This document shows, piece by piece, positions 28,294-37,931 of a stretch of 62,580 nucleotides of DNA. Under the pieces are notes generated by a model. It saw only the letters and a list, made by a program, of their open reading frames with translations, ran no database searches and was not told where the DNA came from. The stretch lies in contig JAKSVK010000006.1 of assembly GCA_024408075.1 (NCBI GenBank), positions 1 through 62,580 on the forward strand, read 5' to 3'. The stretch comes from Bacilli bacterium. GTDB lineage: Bacteria > Bacillota_I > Bacilli_A > RFN20 > CAG-826. A program made the translations under genes and the position numbers. How positions within the stretch are numbered: the stretch's first letter is position 1; every line of letters begins with the position of its first letter.

Positions 28294-28839
28294 ATCCAAG
28301 AGCAAAGTTCTGGCAAATTGCCAAATAAAGATCCTAAGGATCTCGTCAACAACTTAGTTAGATTCCCACAAGTCTTAGTTATCGGACCTAATGGAGAACA
28401 ACTAGGAGTTATGTCATCAAGGGATGCACAGTTTAAAGCCTATGATTATAATCTAGACTTATTATGTGTCGCCCCAAACTCTAATCCACCGGTTTGCAAA
28501 ATTCTCGATTACGGCAAATACCGTTATGAGCAACAAAAGAAAGCTAAAGAGAGTAAGAAAAATCAAGCTAGGATTGAAGTTAAAGAAATTCAATTAACAC
28601 CACAAATTGGTATCCATGATATGGAAACTAAAGCACGTGCTGCAACCAAATTCATTGCCGAAGGCAATAAGATTAAGGTTGGCGTAAGATTTAGAGGAAG
28701 ACAGATGACACACATCGAAGTCGGCGAAGAAGCTCTTAATAAATTCATCGCAATGCTTGGCGACATCGTCTGCATCGAAAAACCTGCAGTATTAGACGGC
28801 CGCTGGCTAACAGCTGTATTAGCACCAAAAAGAAAGTAG
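28294..28839 (+). CDS. infC: Translation initiation factor IF-3, non-canonical start (probably ATC)
   Basis: PPVCKILDYGKYRYE, VKEIQL, VRFRGR; no in-frame ATG near the AGGAG RBS (28281-28285); in-frame ATC 8 nt downstream. Confidence 0.93.
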   Translation: MQEQSSGKLPNKDPKDLVNNLVRFPQVLVIGPNGEQLGVMSSRDAQFKAYDYNLDLLCVAPNSNPPVCKILDYGKYRYEQQKKAKESKKNQARIEVKEIQLTPQIGIHDMETKARAATKFIAEGNKIKVGVRFRGRQMTHIEVGEEALNKFIAMLGDIVCIEKPAVLDGRWLTAVLAPKRK

Positions 28840-28851
28840 GAGGAAATTATT

Positions 28852-29046
28852 ATGCCAAAAATGAAAAGTAAAAGCGCTTTAATGAAAAGAATTAAAGTTA
28901 CTGGCAGTGGTAAAGTCACAAGACACCATGCTTACACATCACATTTAGCCCCACACAAAACAACAAAACAAAAGAGACACTTAATGAAAGGTGCATCTGT
29001 CCATAAGACAGACCTTAAGAGAGTTAAGTATCTTATCGTAAAGTAA
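28852..29046 (+). CDS. rpmI: 50S ribosomal protein L35
   Basis: [17 protein letters not shown]; canonical position after infC. Confidence 0.96.
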   Translation: MPKMKSKSALMKRIKVTGSGKVTRHHAYTSHLAPHKTTKQKRHLMKGASVHKTDLKRVKYLIVK

Positions 29047-29059
29047 GGAGGAAATAGCA

Positions 29060-29413
29060 ATGAGAGTAAAAGGCGGAACAGTTACACACGCACGTCGTAA
29101 GAAAATGCTCAAAAGAGCAAAAGGCTACTTCGGTGCTAAACACTTACTTTATAAGACTGCAAAAGAACAAGTCATGCACAGCTTACGCTATGCATATATC
29201 TCAAGAAGAGATGTTAAAAGAGACTATCGTAAACTCTGGATCAGACGTATCAATGCTGCTTGCAGAATGAACGAAATTTCTTACAGCAAGTTTATGTTTG
29301 GCTTAAAACAAGCAAACATTCAAGTTAACAGAAAAATGTTATCTGAACTTGCAATTAACGATCCAAAAGCATTCTCTGATTTAGTCAAAGTTGCTAAAAA
29401 GAACGTTAAATAA
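29060..29413 (+). CDS. rplT: 50S ribosomal protein L20
   Basis: [39 protein letters not shown]. Confidence 0.97.
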   Translation: MRVKGGTVTHARRKKMLKRAKGYFGAKHLLYKTAKEQVMHSLRYAYISRRDVKRDYRKLWIRRINAACRMNEISYSKFMFGLKQANIQVNRKMLSELAINDPKAFSDLVKVAKKNVK

Positions 29414-29430
29414 TTATTAATTATTAATTA

Positions 29431-29456
29431 AAAAAATAGGCGCGAGCCTATTTTTT
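29431..29456. terminator. Bidirectional terminator between rplT and thiI
   Basis: AAAAAATAGGC-GCGA-GCCTATTTTTT (GNRA loop, A and T tracts). Confidence 0.85.
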
Positions 29457-30620
29457 GTTTTCCCCAATTTGTCTTACTTCAATATTTTTAATCGCCTCAT
29501 TAAGTAGAGGTTCGTAATCAAATTCTTGTTCAAACTTTCTTACCTCGTCAAGTTTAGGTGAAGTTTTTGGAGCTTTCGGAGTAAATATCGTGCAGCAGTC
29601 TTCATAAGGACGGATTGATATATCAAATGTATCAATTTTTTTAGCTATTGAAATAATTTCAAGTTTATCAAGAGCTGCACAAGGCCTAATTACAGGAATA
29701 TTTGTTACTTCATTTATGACGTGCATTGAATCTAAAGTTTGACTTGCAACTTGTCCAACGGATTCTCCGCTAGAAATAACTGGACAATTTCTTCTTAAAG
29801 AAAGTTTACTAGCAAGTCTAAACATCATTCTTCTCATCATAGTGATGCAATAACTTTCAGGAACATGATCATAGATTGCTTCTTGAATTTTAGTAAAAGG
29901 AACAATATTTAATCTAATAGTTGGTTGATATCGATTAAGCTTTATAAGTAAGTCTTCAAGCTTAAAAATTACTCCTTCTTGAGTATATGGAGGAGAGGCA
30001 AAATGAATACATTCAATTTTTACTCCTCTTTTCATAAGTAAATATGCTGCAACTGGTGAATCAATTCCACCACTTAACATATGCATAGATTTACCAGCAA
30101 TTCCTAAAGGATAGCCACCTGCACCATCGAAAGTTTTACAGAATATATAAGTAGCTTCCTCCCTTATATCTATATTTAATAATATATTAGGATTATGAAC
30201 ATCGACTTTTAAGTCAGTGTTTTTTAATATAACTGGAGCAACTTGACGAATAACATCATCGCTAATAATTGGGAATTTTTTATTTCCTCTTTTACATTTA
30301 ACTTTAAAAGTTTTTCCTTCTTCTTGTTTTATTAGTTCTAATGATGAAGATTTAATTACTTCGATATCATTTTCACACTTAAAAACAAGAGAAATTCCTT
30401 GGATACCACTAACATCTTGAAGTCTTTCCACTATTTTTTGATATTCTTCTCCATTAAGACCAACATAAATGTGATCATATTTCTCAATAAATGTAAGATT
30501 TTCAAAATCTTTTAATGCATGTTTAACATTAGAAAAAAGAAGGTGTACAAAAGAACTTTTATTTTTCCCTTTTGTAGATAGTTCGCCAAAGCGGATCATT
30601 AAATGGTCATATTTAATCAT
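29448..30620 (-). CDS. thiI: tRNA 4-thiouridine synthase ThiI (no rhodanese domain)
   Basis: IRFGELSTKGKN, THUMP domain, PP-loop LSGGIDS, GQVASQT, PYEDCC. Confidence 0.95.
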   Translation of the reverse strand: MIKYDHLMIRFGELSTKGKNKSSFVHLLFSNVKHALKDFENLTFIEKYDHIYVGLNGEEYQKIVERLQDVSGIQGISLVFKCENDIEVIKSSSLELIKQEEGKTFKVKCKRGNKKFPIISDDVIRQVAPVILKNTDLKVDVHNPNILLNIDIREEATYIFCKTFDGAGGYPLGIAGKSMHMLSGGIDSPVAAYLLMKRGVKIECIHFASPPYTQEGVIFKLEDLLIKLNRYQPTIRLNIVPFTKIQEAIYDHVPESYCITMMRRMMFRLASKLSLRRNCPVISSGESVGQVASQTLDSMHVINEVTNIPVIRPCAALDKLEIISIAKKIDTFDISIRPYEDCCTIFTPKAPKTSPKLDEVRKFEQEFDYEPLLNEAIKNIEVRQIGENKK

Positions 30621-31753
30621 CTTATTTCCTCAACTATTTTATCTAAAGTTTTTATAAAAGTTTCAATCTCACTAACTGTATTTAAATATGAGAAAGAAAC
30701 TCTAATTGTGTTATTGAAAACATTTGGATCAGAATTAATGGATTCAACAACATAACTTCCTTTTTCTTTATATGAAGAACAAGCAGAAGTAGATGATACC
30801 ATTATTCCATTTCTTGAAAGAGCTTCAACCACTACTGATCCTTTTTTACTTATTGTAGAAAAGTTAACAATATATGGATTTTTGTTATTACTATTAATGT
30901 GATATTTTTCAGGATGTTTAGACAAATATTCATAAAGTAATGTGGATAATTTTGAGACAGAATCAAAGTGATTTTTTCCTTCTTTAATTGATGTTTTCAA
31001 AGCATAAGTAAGAACAGAAATATTAGCAATATCTAGAGTGCTGCTTCTAAGTCCAAATTCTTGTCCTCCGCCCGAAAACATCGGCAAAACCACAAGATTT
31101 TTCTTAAAAATCAATGCAGCAGAGCCTACAAAGCCATGAATTTTATGTCCAGAAATTGTTAATAAGTCAACTTGATTAAAGTCCATTTTTATTTTGCCAA
31201 TTGCCTGAGCAGCATCGACATGAAAACATATTTTTGGATACTTCTTAAGTTCTTTACCAATTGCGTCAATATCATTGATTGAACCAATCTCATTATTGAC
31301 TGCCATGATTGATACTAAAATCGTATCTTTTCTAATCTGAGAAATAACATCACTAACGGAAATAACTCCTTCAGAATTTGGTTTTAAATAAGTAACTTCA
31401 AAGCCAAATTCTTCCTCTAACTGTTTAAGTGCTTCTTTAACAGACTCATGTTCATAAGAAGTAGAAATAATATGTTTCCCACGATTCTTATATTTAAAAG
31501 CGAAGCCTTTTAAAGCAAGATTATTTGCTTCGGTTGCACTACTAGTAAAAAGAATGTTTTTATTACTTAGACTTAACGCATTTAGAATTTCTTCTCTACA
31601 ACCATCAATGTATCTTAAAGCTTTGACACCTTCAAAATGGATGCTTGATGGATTAGCAAAATATTGTTTTTGAGCATTATTAAATACTTCAAAACATTCT
31701 TCATAAGGAATAGTTTTACTAGCTGAATCTAAATAAATGATTTTATTATCCAT
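30617..31753 (-). CDS. iscS: Cysteine desulfurase (IscS/NifZ-type partner of ThiI)
   Basis: IYLD, ANPSSIH, HVDAAQ, PLP site SGHKIHG, catalytic TSACSS. Confidence 0.9.
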   Translation of the reverse strand: MDNKIIYLDSASKTIPYEECFEVFNNAQKQYFANPSSIHFEGVKALRYIDGCREEILNALSLSNKNILFTSSATEANNLALKGFAFKYKNRGKHIISTSYEHESVKEALKQLEEEFGFEVTYLKPNSEGVISVSDVISQIRKDTILVSIMAVNNEIGSINDIDAIGKELKKYPKICFHVDAAQAIGKIKMDFNQVDLLTISGHKIHGFVGSAALIFKKNLVVLPMFSGGGQEFGLRSSTLDIANISVLTYALKTSIKEGKNHFDSVSKLSTLLYEYLSKHPEKYHINSNNKNPYIVNFSTISKKGSVVVEALSRNGIMVSSTSACSSYKEKGSYVVESINSDPNVFNNTIRVSFSYLNTVSEIETFIKTLDKIVEEIR

Positions 31754-31758
31754 TATTT

Positions 31759-33450
31759 CTATGCGTTAGAAGATAATTTTATCTGATTTAATACATTAGC
31801 AAATTCGCCATTATTAAATGCAGTTTCAAGAGTTTTTACTCTTTGATTAACATCTTGTTCAGATCTTGAAGAATTTAACTTAACTAATTCTTTTTCACAA
31901 ATATTAGCATTTCTCATTTTCTCATCAATTTCTTCAAACATTGCATTAGCAATATTCTTTAATTGTTCAATCTTATTAGAAACTTCATCAATATGAATAG
32001 GTTTTAATTGAATTTGTTCATAAATATCATTGAGCACATCATAAACAGCGTTAATTTTTTCTTGGTAAGATTCAGTTAAAGACTTAACACCGATTTGAGA
32101 TAATGCTCTTTCGATTTCTTTTGCTCTATTGAAATAAATGAAAATCATTTGATAAGCATTTTCAGCAATAGTTTTCAATGAATCAATGAAGTCTTTAAAC
32201 TCCATAACACCTTTTTGAACATCTTCATAATTAATTTGAAGTTCATCTAATTGTTTCTTTAGTAAAGAATATGGTTGTTTAATTCCACTATATACAAATC
32301 CTTCAAGGAATCTTTTAGCATTAGTTAAATTACCAACTGAAACAGAAAGTTGATCAATTTTTGTAAGTTCATCATCGCTAATTGCGTAGTATCCTTTGAC
32401 TTGAGGAAGTAATGAACTTAATTTAACAAATAATTTTTCAGTTTCATTCACTTCTGTATACACGCGTTCATAATTTGAATTGAAATATTCTCTACATGAA
32501 AGTTCATCATCAAGCTGTCTTGATAATTCATCAATCTCTGTCATAATGAGTTCAGCATCAGTTCTGACACCAAACGTTTGAAGGTTAATTATTTTCTTGT
32601 TTAAATCATTCAATCTCTTTTTCCAATCATCAATGTGAGTTTTGACATTCAAGTGGTATAGAGGGATGTGTTCTTTTTCAATTTGTTTATTTCGATCATT
32701 GATTGTAGCAATTTTTTCCACCACAACAGTTTTAGTTAATGAGCATAAATTTGGAAGTTCAATTAAAACTCTGCCAAGAGCAGTTAAGACACTATCAAGT
32801 TCAGGTAATCCTTCATTAACTTCTTCGTATTTGGCACTTTCAACATCATCATCGAATTCAGCAAATTTCTTATCAATTTTATCGAAAACTTTTTGGAAAG
32901 TATCTGCTACCATCTCAATTTCATTGGCTTGTGTAAAATAGGTTTGTTTAATGTGTCTATAAGTTTCTTTTGATGAGATGATAGATTTTCTACAAGTTTC
33001 TTCATTTTTTATAATTTCATATAAATCTGAGTCAAAAGAGTTAACGCTAGTTTCATAAACATCTAAAGATTTTTCGGCTTCGTCGATTACTTGTCGAATG
33101 TTTTTGTATTGTTTGGCCTTTACCAATGCATTAAGTTGTTTAATGATTGAATCACAACATTTGTCTTCATTTTCAAAAATAGTTTTAAATCTTTTCGAAA
33201 AAACTTCGTATTTATCTAAGAACAAGAGGTTGGTACGAGAAATTATTTCAAGTCTATGAAAATATTGTGAATCTTGACCAATGAGTTTAGCGTTTAAGAA
33301 AGAGTATTTTTTATGTAATGTTTTGATTTTTTTCCTATATATCGAAGGCAAAATAACAAAAATGTAAATTAAAATCAAACCTGCAATAATAAGCGCAGTA
33401 ATTCCAAGAATTATGCCCAATATTGCTCCTTTACTAATCGCAAACACCAT
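31759..33450 (-). CDS. ezrA: Septation ring formation regulator EzrA
   Basis: Single N-terminal TM plus ~530-aa helical/coiled-coil body; conserved synteny rpsD-ezrA-iscS-thiI. Confidence 0.75.
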   Translation of the reverse strand: MVFAISKGAILGIILGITALIIAGLILIYIFVILPSIYRKKIKTLHKKYSFLNAKLIGQDSQYFHRLEIISRTNLLFLDKYEVFSKRFKTIFENEDKCCDSIIKQLNALVKAKQYKNIRQVIDEAEKSLDVYETSVNSFDSDLYEIIKNEETCRKSIISSKETYRHIKQTYFTQANEIEMVADTFQKVFDKIDKKFAEFDDDVESAKYEEVNEGLPELDSVLTALGRVLIELPNLCSLTKTVVVEKIATINDRNKQIEKEHIPLYHLNVKTHIDDWKKRLNDLNKKIINLQTFGVRTDAELIMTEIDELSRQLDDELSCREYFNSNYERVYTEVNETEKLFVKLSSLLPQVKGYYAISDDELTKIDQLSVSVGNLTNAKRFLEGFVYSGIKQPYSLLKKQLDELQINYEDVQKGVMEFKDFIDSLKTIAENAYQMIFIYFNRAKEIERALSQIGVKSLTESYQEKINAVYDVLNDIYEQIQLKPIHIDEVSNKIEQLKNIANAMFEEIDEKMRNANICEKELVKLNSSRSEQDVNQRVKTLETAFNNGEFANVLNQIKLSSNA

Positions 33451-33714
33451 AATAGTTACCTCTCTTAATCATTGATTAACCATCATAATTTTACTATATG
33501 AATGATAAATACTGAAATTAAAATTTAGTATTTACATTTTTTCATTCAAATTTTTCAGGAAATAACGATCAAATTTTAAACTTCAAATTTTGTCTAAGTA
33601 GGTTATTTTATGTTTATCATTTTCTAATTTTTCTTTTTATCTTAAAAAATTATTAAATTTTTATTGCATCTACTTTCGTATTCCTATATATTTATTACTG
33701 CATGTAATGCAGCA

Positions 33715-33812
33715 TGTAAATACAACTTGACCGATGTTTGTAACGGCTGTAAAGGAGTAACCAAAGCTCATAGGTGAAACGATAATCAAACATCCGAAGT
33801 TAGGAATTTACA
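33715..33812 (+). ncRNA. Ribosomal protein S4 (rpsD) leader RNA
   Basis: Nested pairings TGTAAAT/ATTTACA, AACTT/AAGTT, GATGTTTG/CAAACATC with internal GTAACC in the rpsD 5' UTR; putative promoter TTGCAT-17-TATATT from 33664. Confidence 0.7.
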
Positions 33813-33854
33813 CCTATTCATTATTTGCAAAAATAAGAAAGGAAGGAGAAAAAC

Positions 33855-34460
33855 ATGAGATACACTGGATCCGATTGGAAACAAAGTCGTCGTTTAGGTT
33901 TCTCAACTCTTGAAACAAACAAAGAGTTAGCAAAACGTCCTTATGGACCTGGCCAACACGGTGCTTCACGTAAGAAAAAACCATCTGAATATGGTAAACA
34001 ATTAGTTGAAAAACAAAAACTTAGACAAATGTATGGCGTTAATGAACGTCAATTCCGTAGATTATTCATGATTGCTTTAGCAAGTAAAGAAGTTACTGGC
34101 TTTGCATTTATGAAATTATTAGAAGCTCGTCTTGATAATCTTGTCTATCGTATGGGATTTGCTCGTACTCGTAGAGGTGCAAGACAATTAGTTAATCACG
34201 GACATATCGAAGTCAACGGTAAGAAAGTCAATATTCCAAGTTATATCTGTTCACTTAACGATGTTATCACCGTTAAAGAAACCTCAAAAGACTTAAAGGT
34301 TATTAAAGAATCATTAGATTCTATCGCTACAAAAGTCGGTTGGGTTGAAGTTGATGCAGAAAAACTTTCTGGAAAATACATTCGTGAACCTGAAAGAAGT
34401 GAACTTACTTCACAAATTACAGAATCACAAATCGTTGAATACTATAACCGCAAGTTATAA
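33855..34460 (+). CDS. rpsD: 30S ribosomal protein S4
   Basis: MRYTG..SRRLG, PGQHG, SEYGKQLVEKQK, LEARLDNLVYRMG, ARQLVNHGH. Confidence 0.98.
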   Translation: MRYTGSDWKQSRRLGFSTLETNKELAKRPYGPGQHGASRKKKPSEYGKQLVEKQKLRQMYGVNERQFRRLFMIALASKEVTGFAFMKLLEARLDNLVYRMGFARTRRGARQLVNHGHIEVNGKKVNIPSYICSLNDVITVKETSKDLKVIKESLDSIATKVGWVEVDAEKLSGKYIREPERSELTSQITESQIVEYYNRKL

Positions 34461-34478
34461 TTCAAAACTAATTTACAT

Positions 34479-34507
34479 AAAAGGCTCATTAATAATGGGC
34501 CTTTTTT
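34479..34507 (+). terminator. Rho-independent terminator after rpsD
   Basis: AAAAGGCTCATT-AAT-AATGGGCCTTTTTT. Confidence 0.8.
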
Positions 34508-34559
34508 CTTTTATTACGCATGAATACATGCTATATTTTAGGCAAGGAAGTTAACAATT

Positions 34560-35750
34560 ATGATGATTTACGAAGAACTCCAAAAACGTAATTTAATTGC
34601 ACAAGTTACGGATGAAAAAGAAATAAGAGAATTAGTAAACGGAGGAAAAGCCAAATTCTATATTGGTTTCGACCCTACTGCTGATTCACTTCATGTCGGT
34701 CACTTTATGGCTTTGTGTTTAATGAAGAGATTACAACTTGCTGGTAATACCCCAGTTATTTTACTTGGCGGAGGAACTGGTTATATTGGTGATCCATCTG
34801 GAAGAAGTGATTTAAGAAAAATGTTAACTCCTGAAACCATTCAACATAACTGTGATTGTTTTTTAAAACAAATCGGTAATTTTATCGATTTGAAGAAAGC
34901 AATTGTTGTTAATAACGCCGACTGGTTATTATCACTAAATTATGTCGATTTCTTAAGAGAAGTAGGCGCTCATTTCTCAGTTAACAATATGCTTAGAGCA
35001 GAATGTTACAAGCAAAGAATGGAAAAAGGTCTTACTTTCTTAGAATTTAACTATATGACAATGCAAGCTTATGACTTCTATTATTTGCATGAACACTATG
35101 GTTGCAACATGCAATTTGGTGGAGATGACCAATGGTCAAATATGCTTGCAGGTACTGAACTCATCAGAAAAAAGACTGGAAATGATGCTTTTGCAATGAC
35201 CATCACTTTATTACTTAATAGTGAAGGCAAAAAAATGGGAAAAACAGCCAATGGAGCTATTTGGTTAGATCCTAGCAAGACTTCTCCATTTGAATTTTTC
35301 CAATATTGGAGAAATATCGAAGATGCTGATGTAATGAAATGTATTAATTTATTAACTTTTATTCCATTAGATAAGATTGATGAAATGTCACACTGGGAAG
35401 ATTCAAGAATTAATGAAAAGAAAGAAATCCTTGCATATGAATTAACAAAATTAGTTCATGGTGAAGAAGAAGCAAATAAAGTACTTGAAGCTGCTAGAAA
35501 TTTATTTAGTGGTTCAGGTAACAATGAAAATATGCCTTCATTTGAATTAACAAGTCATGATCCACTACCACTTGCTGACTTATTAGTTGTAACAAATTTA
35601 TGTTCATCAAAAAGTGAAGCAAGACGTTTAGTTGAACAAGGTGGAGTATCAATTAATGATGAAAAAAAGACCAACCCTGCTGAGTTGATCCAATTAGATA
35701 AAGAAATTATTATCAAAAAAGGAAAGAAGACTTTCCTTAAAGTTAAATAG
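34560..35750 (+). CDS. tyrS: Tyrosine--tRNA ligase
   Basis: YIGFDPTADSLHVGH, QFGGDDQWSN, KMGKT, C-terminal S4-like domain. Confidence 0.97.
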   Translation: MMIYEELQKRNLIAQVTDEKEIRELVNGGKAKFYIGFDPTADSLHVGHFMALCLMKRLQLAGNTPVILLGGGTGYIGDPSGRSDLRKMLTPETIQHNCDCFLKQIGNFIDLKKAIVVNNADWLLSLNYVDFLREVGAHFSVNNMLRAECYKQRMEKGLTFLEFNYMTMQAYDFYYLHEHYGCNMQFGGDDQWSNMLAGTELIRKKTGNDAFAMTITLLLNSEGKKMGKTANGAIWLDPSKTSPFEFFQYWRNIEDADVMKCINLLTFIPLDKIDEMSHWEDSRINEKKEILAYELTKLVHGEEEANKVLEAARNLFSGSGNNENMPSFELTSHDPLPLADLLVVTNLCSSKSEARRLVEQGGVSINDEKKTNPAELIQLDKEIIIKKGKKTFLKVK

Positions 35751-36848
35751 TTAATAGATTGGATAAGGAACTTTCTTAAGTCTTGAAGATGGATAATTAG
35801 CTCTACCTTCCTTGGCTTCATCCCTACCGTCTAAACTAACTAAATCTCCTGTAAATCCACAGGTCATATTATTAACAAAATAAGTGCCAACACCATATAA
35901 ATCAACTGGCACTTTTTCTTTTGTCCATTCTTTAATTTTTTCAGGAGAGAAAGAAGAAGAAACTATAATCTTAACATAGTTAAATCCTTCTTTATCTAAA
36001 GCATTTCTTAATGCAATAACTAATTCTTTACATACTCCATGAGGATCAAATCCAGATGTATCTTTATCATCAAAATAATGATCAATCAAAGATTTAGAAG
36101 TATCAATTCTTACTCCATTTAAATCTTCTTTTAATTCGCGCGCGAGAACTAATGAATCACGAACAACATTATTGTGATAATCAATTAAAGCAGTTACTTT
36201 CTCACTAGGATATGTTTCATGGTAAATTTTTGCTGCTTTAACAACATCACCGCCACATATTTGAATTAAAGCATGAGGCATAGTGCCCATACCTTTACCA
36301 CCCCACCATGCACCTTGAGCATCTGTAGAGATTTTATTAATTCCTGCTACAAATGTAGCATATCCATCTCCAACTTGAGTTAGATAATCATCTTGTCTAT
36401 CAGCCATTGAGAACACAGGTGTATCTCCGCAAACCTTTAAAACTTCCCTAACATTAGTGGCAACACTAGTTCTTCTAGCTAAAATTCCGTCAATTACAGA
36501 CTCTAAGAATCCAAAATTTTCATATTTGCCAGTTACTTTAAGCACTGGTTCCATATTATTAATAATATCTCCATCATTAAGTGCTTCAATTTTTAGTTCT
36601 TCAGGATGAATAGCAAATGTATGTAAAACAGCAATCGCTTCATCAACTCCACAAAGCATAGAATCGTCTCTTCTTTGAAACCATTGCATTGTTACAATAT
36701 GATTTGGATTATGTTTTTCTACAATATTTCTACTTTTAATAAAATAGTTAGCTGAATAAAAACCATTTCCTAATTCTTTTGGAAAATTAAATGTTTTATT
36801 AGTTAGTCTTGATATTTTTCCTGCTTTTTTAAGTTCGACTTCATTCAT
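35751..36848 (-). CDS. pncB: Nicotinate phosphoribosyltransferase
   Basis: YSANYF, GTMPHALIQ (phospho-His), ALIDYHN, GVRIDTS, YGVGT. Confidence 0.82.
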   Translation of the reverse strand: MNEVELKKAGKISRLTNKTFNFPKELGNGFYSANYFIKSRNIVEKHNPNHIVTMQWFQRRDDSMLCGVDEAIAVLHTFAIHPEELKIEALNDGDIINNMEPVLKVTGKYENFGFLESVIDGILARRTSVATNVREVLKVCGDTPVFSMADRQDDYLTQVGDGYATFVAGINKISTDAQGAWWGGKGMGTMPHALIQICGGDVVKAAKIYHETYPSEKVTALIDYHNNVVRDSLVLARELKEDLNGVRIDTSKSLIDHYFDDKDTSGFDPHGVCKELVIALRNALDKEGFNYVKIIVSSSFSPEKIKEWTKEKVPVDLYGVGTYFVNNMTCGFTGDLVSLDGRDEAKEGRANYPSSRLKKVPYPIY

Positions 36849-36853
36849 AAAAA

Positions 36854-37330
36854 CTATTTCTCCTTGCTTATAAATACATCTATTCCATCTTGTTCATCTT
36901 CAACATCTACTAATTGATTAGGATTTTCACTATCAATATATAAATCATAATATGTACAAAACTGTCCTTCTGAAATTCGATAATCTCTTAAATATGTTCC
37001 TTTTTCAGCATAAACACCTTTAATTTTTCCAATTGTTTTAATATGATATCCAGAATCGGTTTTATATCCAATAGGTTCAAGATTATTTGCTTTTAAAACT
37101 GAATTAATAATATCAATAATGATGTTATTGGCAGCAAAAATGATTCCGTGATGTTTAATTTTTACAAATCGCATTATATTTGGAATATTATAACCTACTA
37201 TTACATCATTGTGATATAAAACTTCTACTTCATTGAACATCATTTTCTTATTTGCTATTTCAAGAGAAAATACAAGACGCAAGGTATCGTTTTCTTCATG
37301 ACAATAATACATTCCATAGTTATTTATCAT
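36854..37330 (-). CDS. YtpR/DUF4479-like protein with reduced tRNA-binding domain
   Basis: N-terminus resembles YtpR (..IVGYNIPN..IINSVLK..); lies next to trmB/pepV as in Bacilli. Confidence 0.5.
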   Translation of the reverse strand: MINNYGMYYCHEENDTLRLVFSLEIANKKMMFNEVEVLYHNDVIVGYNIPNIMRFVKIKHHGIIFAANNIIIDIINSVLKANNLEPIGYKTDSGYHIKTIGKIKGVYAEKGTYLRDYRISEGQFCTYYDLYIDSENPNQLVDVEDEQDGIDVFISKEK

Positions 37331-37931
37331 AAGTAACTTTTACTCTTTTAATTGGAGTCCCTTCCTGTCTAAAAAACTCTTCATATTCAGTTTGCGCATC
37401 ATAAGTATCAGAGCCATCATAATCAAACGTTTTTGATAAAATTTTAAATCCATTAGTTTCAAACATTTCTACAGAGTAAACGAACAAATCGTCATTATCA
37501 GTTTTAAAAATTATTTGACCATTCTTTTTAAGTATTCTTTTGTATTCGTTTAAAAATAATGTGCTTGTTAATCTACGTTTATAGTGACGCTTTTTTGGCC
37601 ATGGATCTGAGAAGTTCAAAAAGATCGTCGAGATACTATTATCCTTAATTAACGGGAACAAATTAGTGATGTCTTTCCAAATAATTTTTGCGTTAGATAA
37701 TTCGCTTTCAAACAATTTTTTCCCAGCAATTCCGGCACATGTTACGTTTTTTTCAACTCCAATAAAAAATTCTTTTGGATTATTATTGGCCATCTTAACT
37801 AAAAACTCGCCCTTGCCACTTCCGATTTCTAAAACAAAATTATCGAGTATAGAAATCTCTTCATTACTCAATCCAATTTCAGGATGTTCTAATAAAAATG
37901 GTTCGGCCCAAGCTTTATATTTAGTTCTCAT
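37320..37931 (-). CDS. trmB: tRNA (guanine46-N7)-methyltransferase
   Basis: LEIGSGKG, LNFSDPWPKKRH..RRL, FKTDN, TEYE. Confidence 0.96.
   Translation of the reverse strand: MRTKYKAWAEPFLLEHPEIGLSNEEISILDNFVLEIGSGKGEFLVKMANNNPKEFFIGVEKNVTCAGIAGKKLFESELSNAKIIWKDITNLFPLIKDNSISTIFLNFSDPWPKKRHYKRRLTSTLFLNEYKRILKKNGQIIFKTDNDDLFVYSVEMFETNGFKILSKTFDYDGSDTYDAQTEYEEFFRQEGTPIKRVKVTYDK

Noticed and set aside
28146-28328. 60-aa ORF upstream of infC (possible leader peptide)
   Set aside because: No RBS; the region is fully explained by the L20 leader RNA and overlaps infC out of frame
33451-33714. Long AT-rich ezrA/rpsD gap with imperfect inverted repeat (TAAATACTGAA..TTTAGTATTTA) as sRNA or T-box
   Set aside because: No T-box motifs; low-complexity A/T pairing is expected by chance; the structured part is the S4 leader downstream
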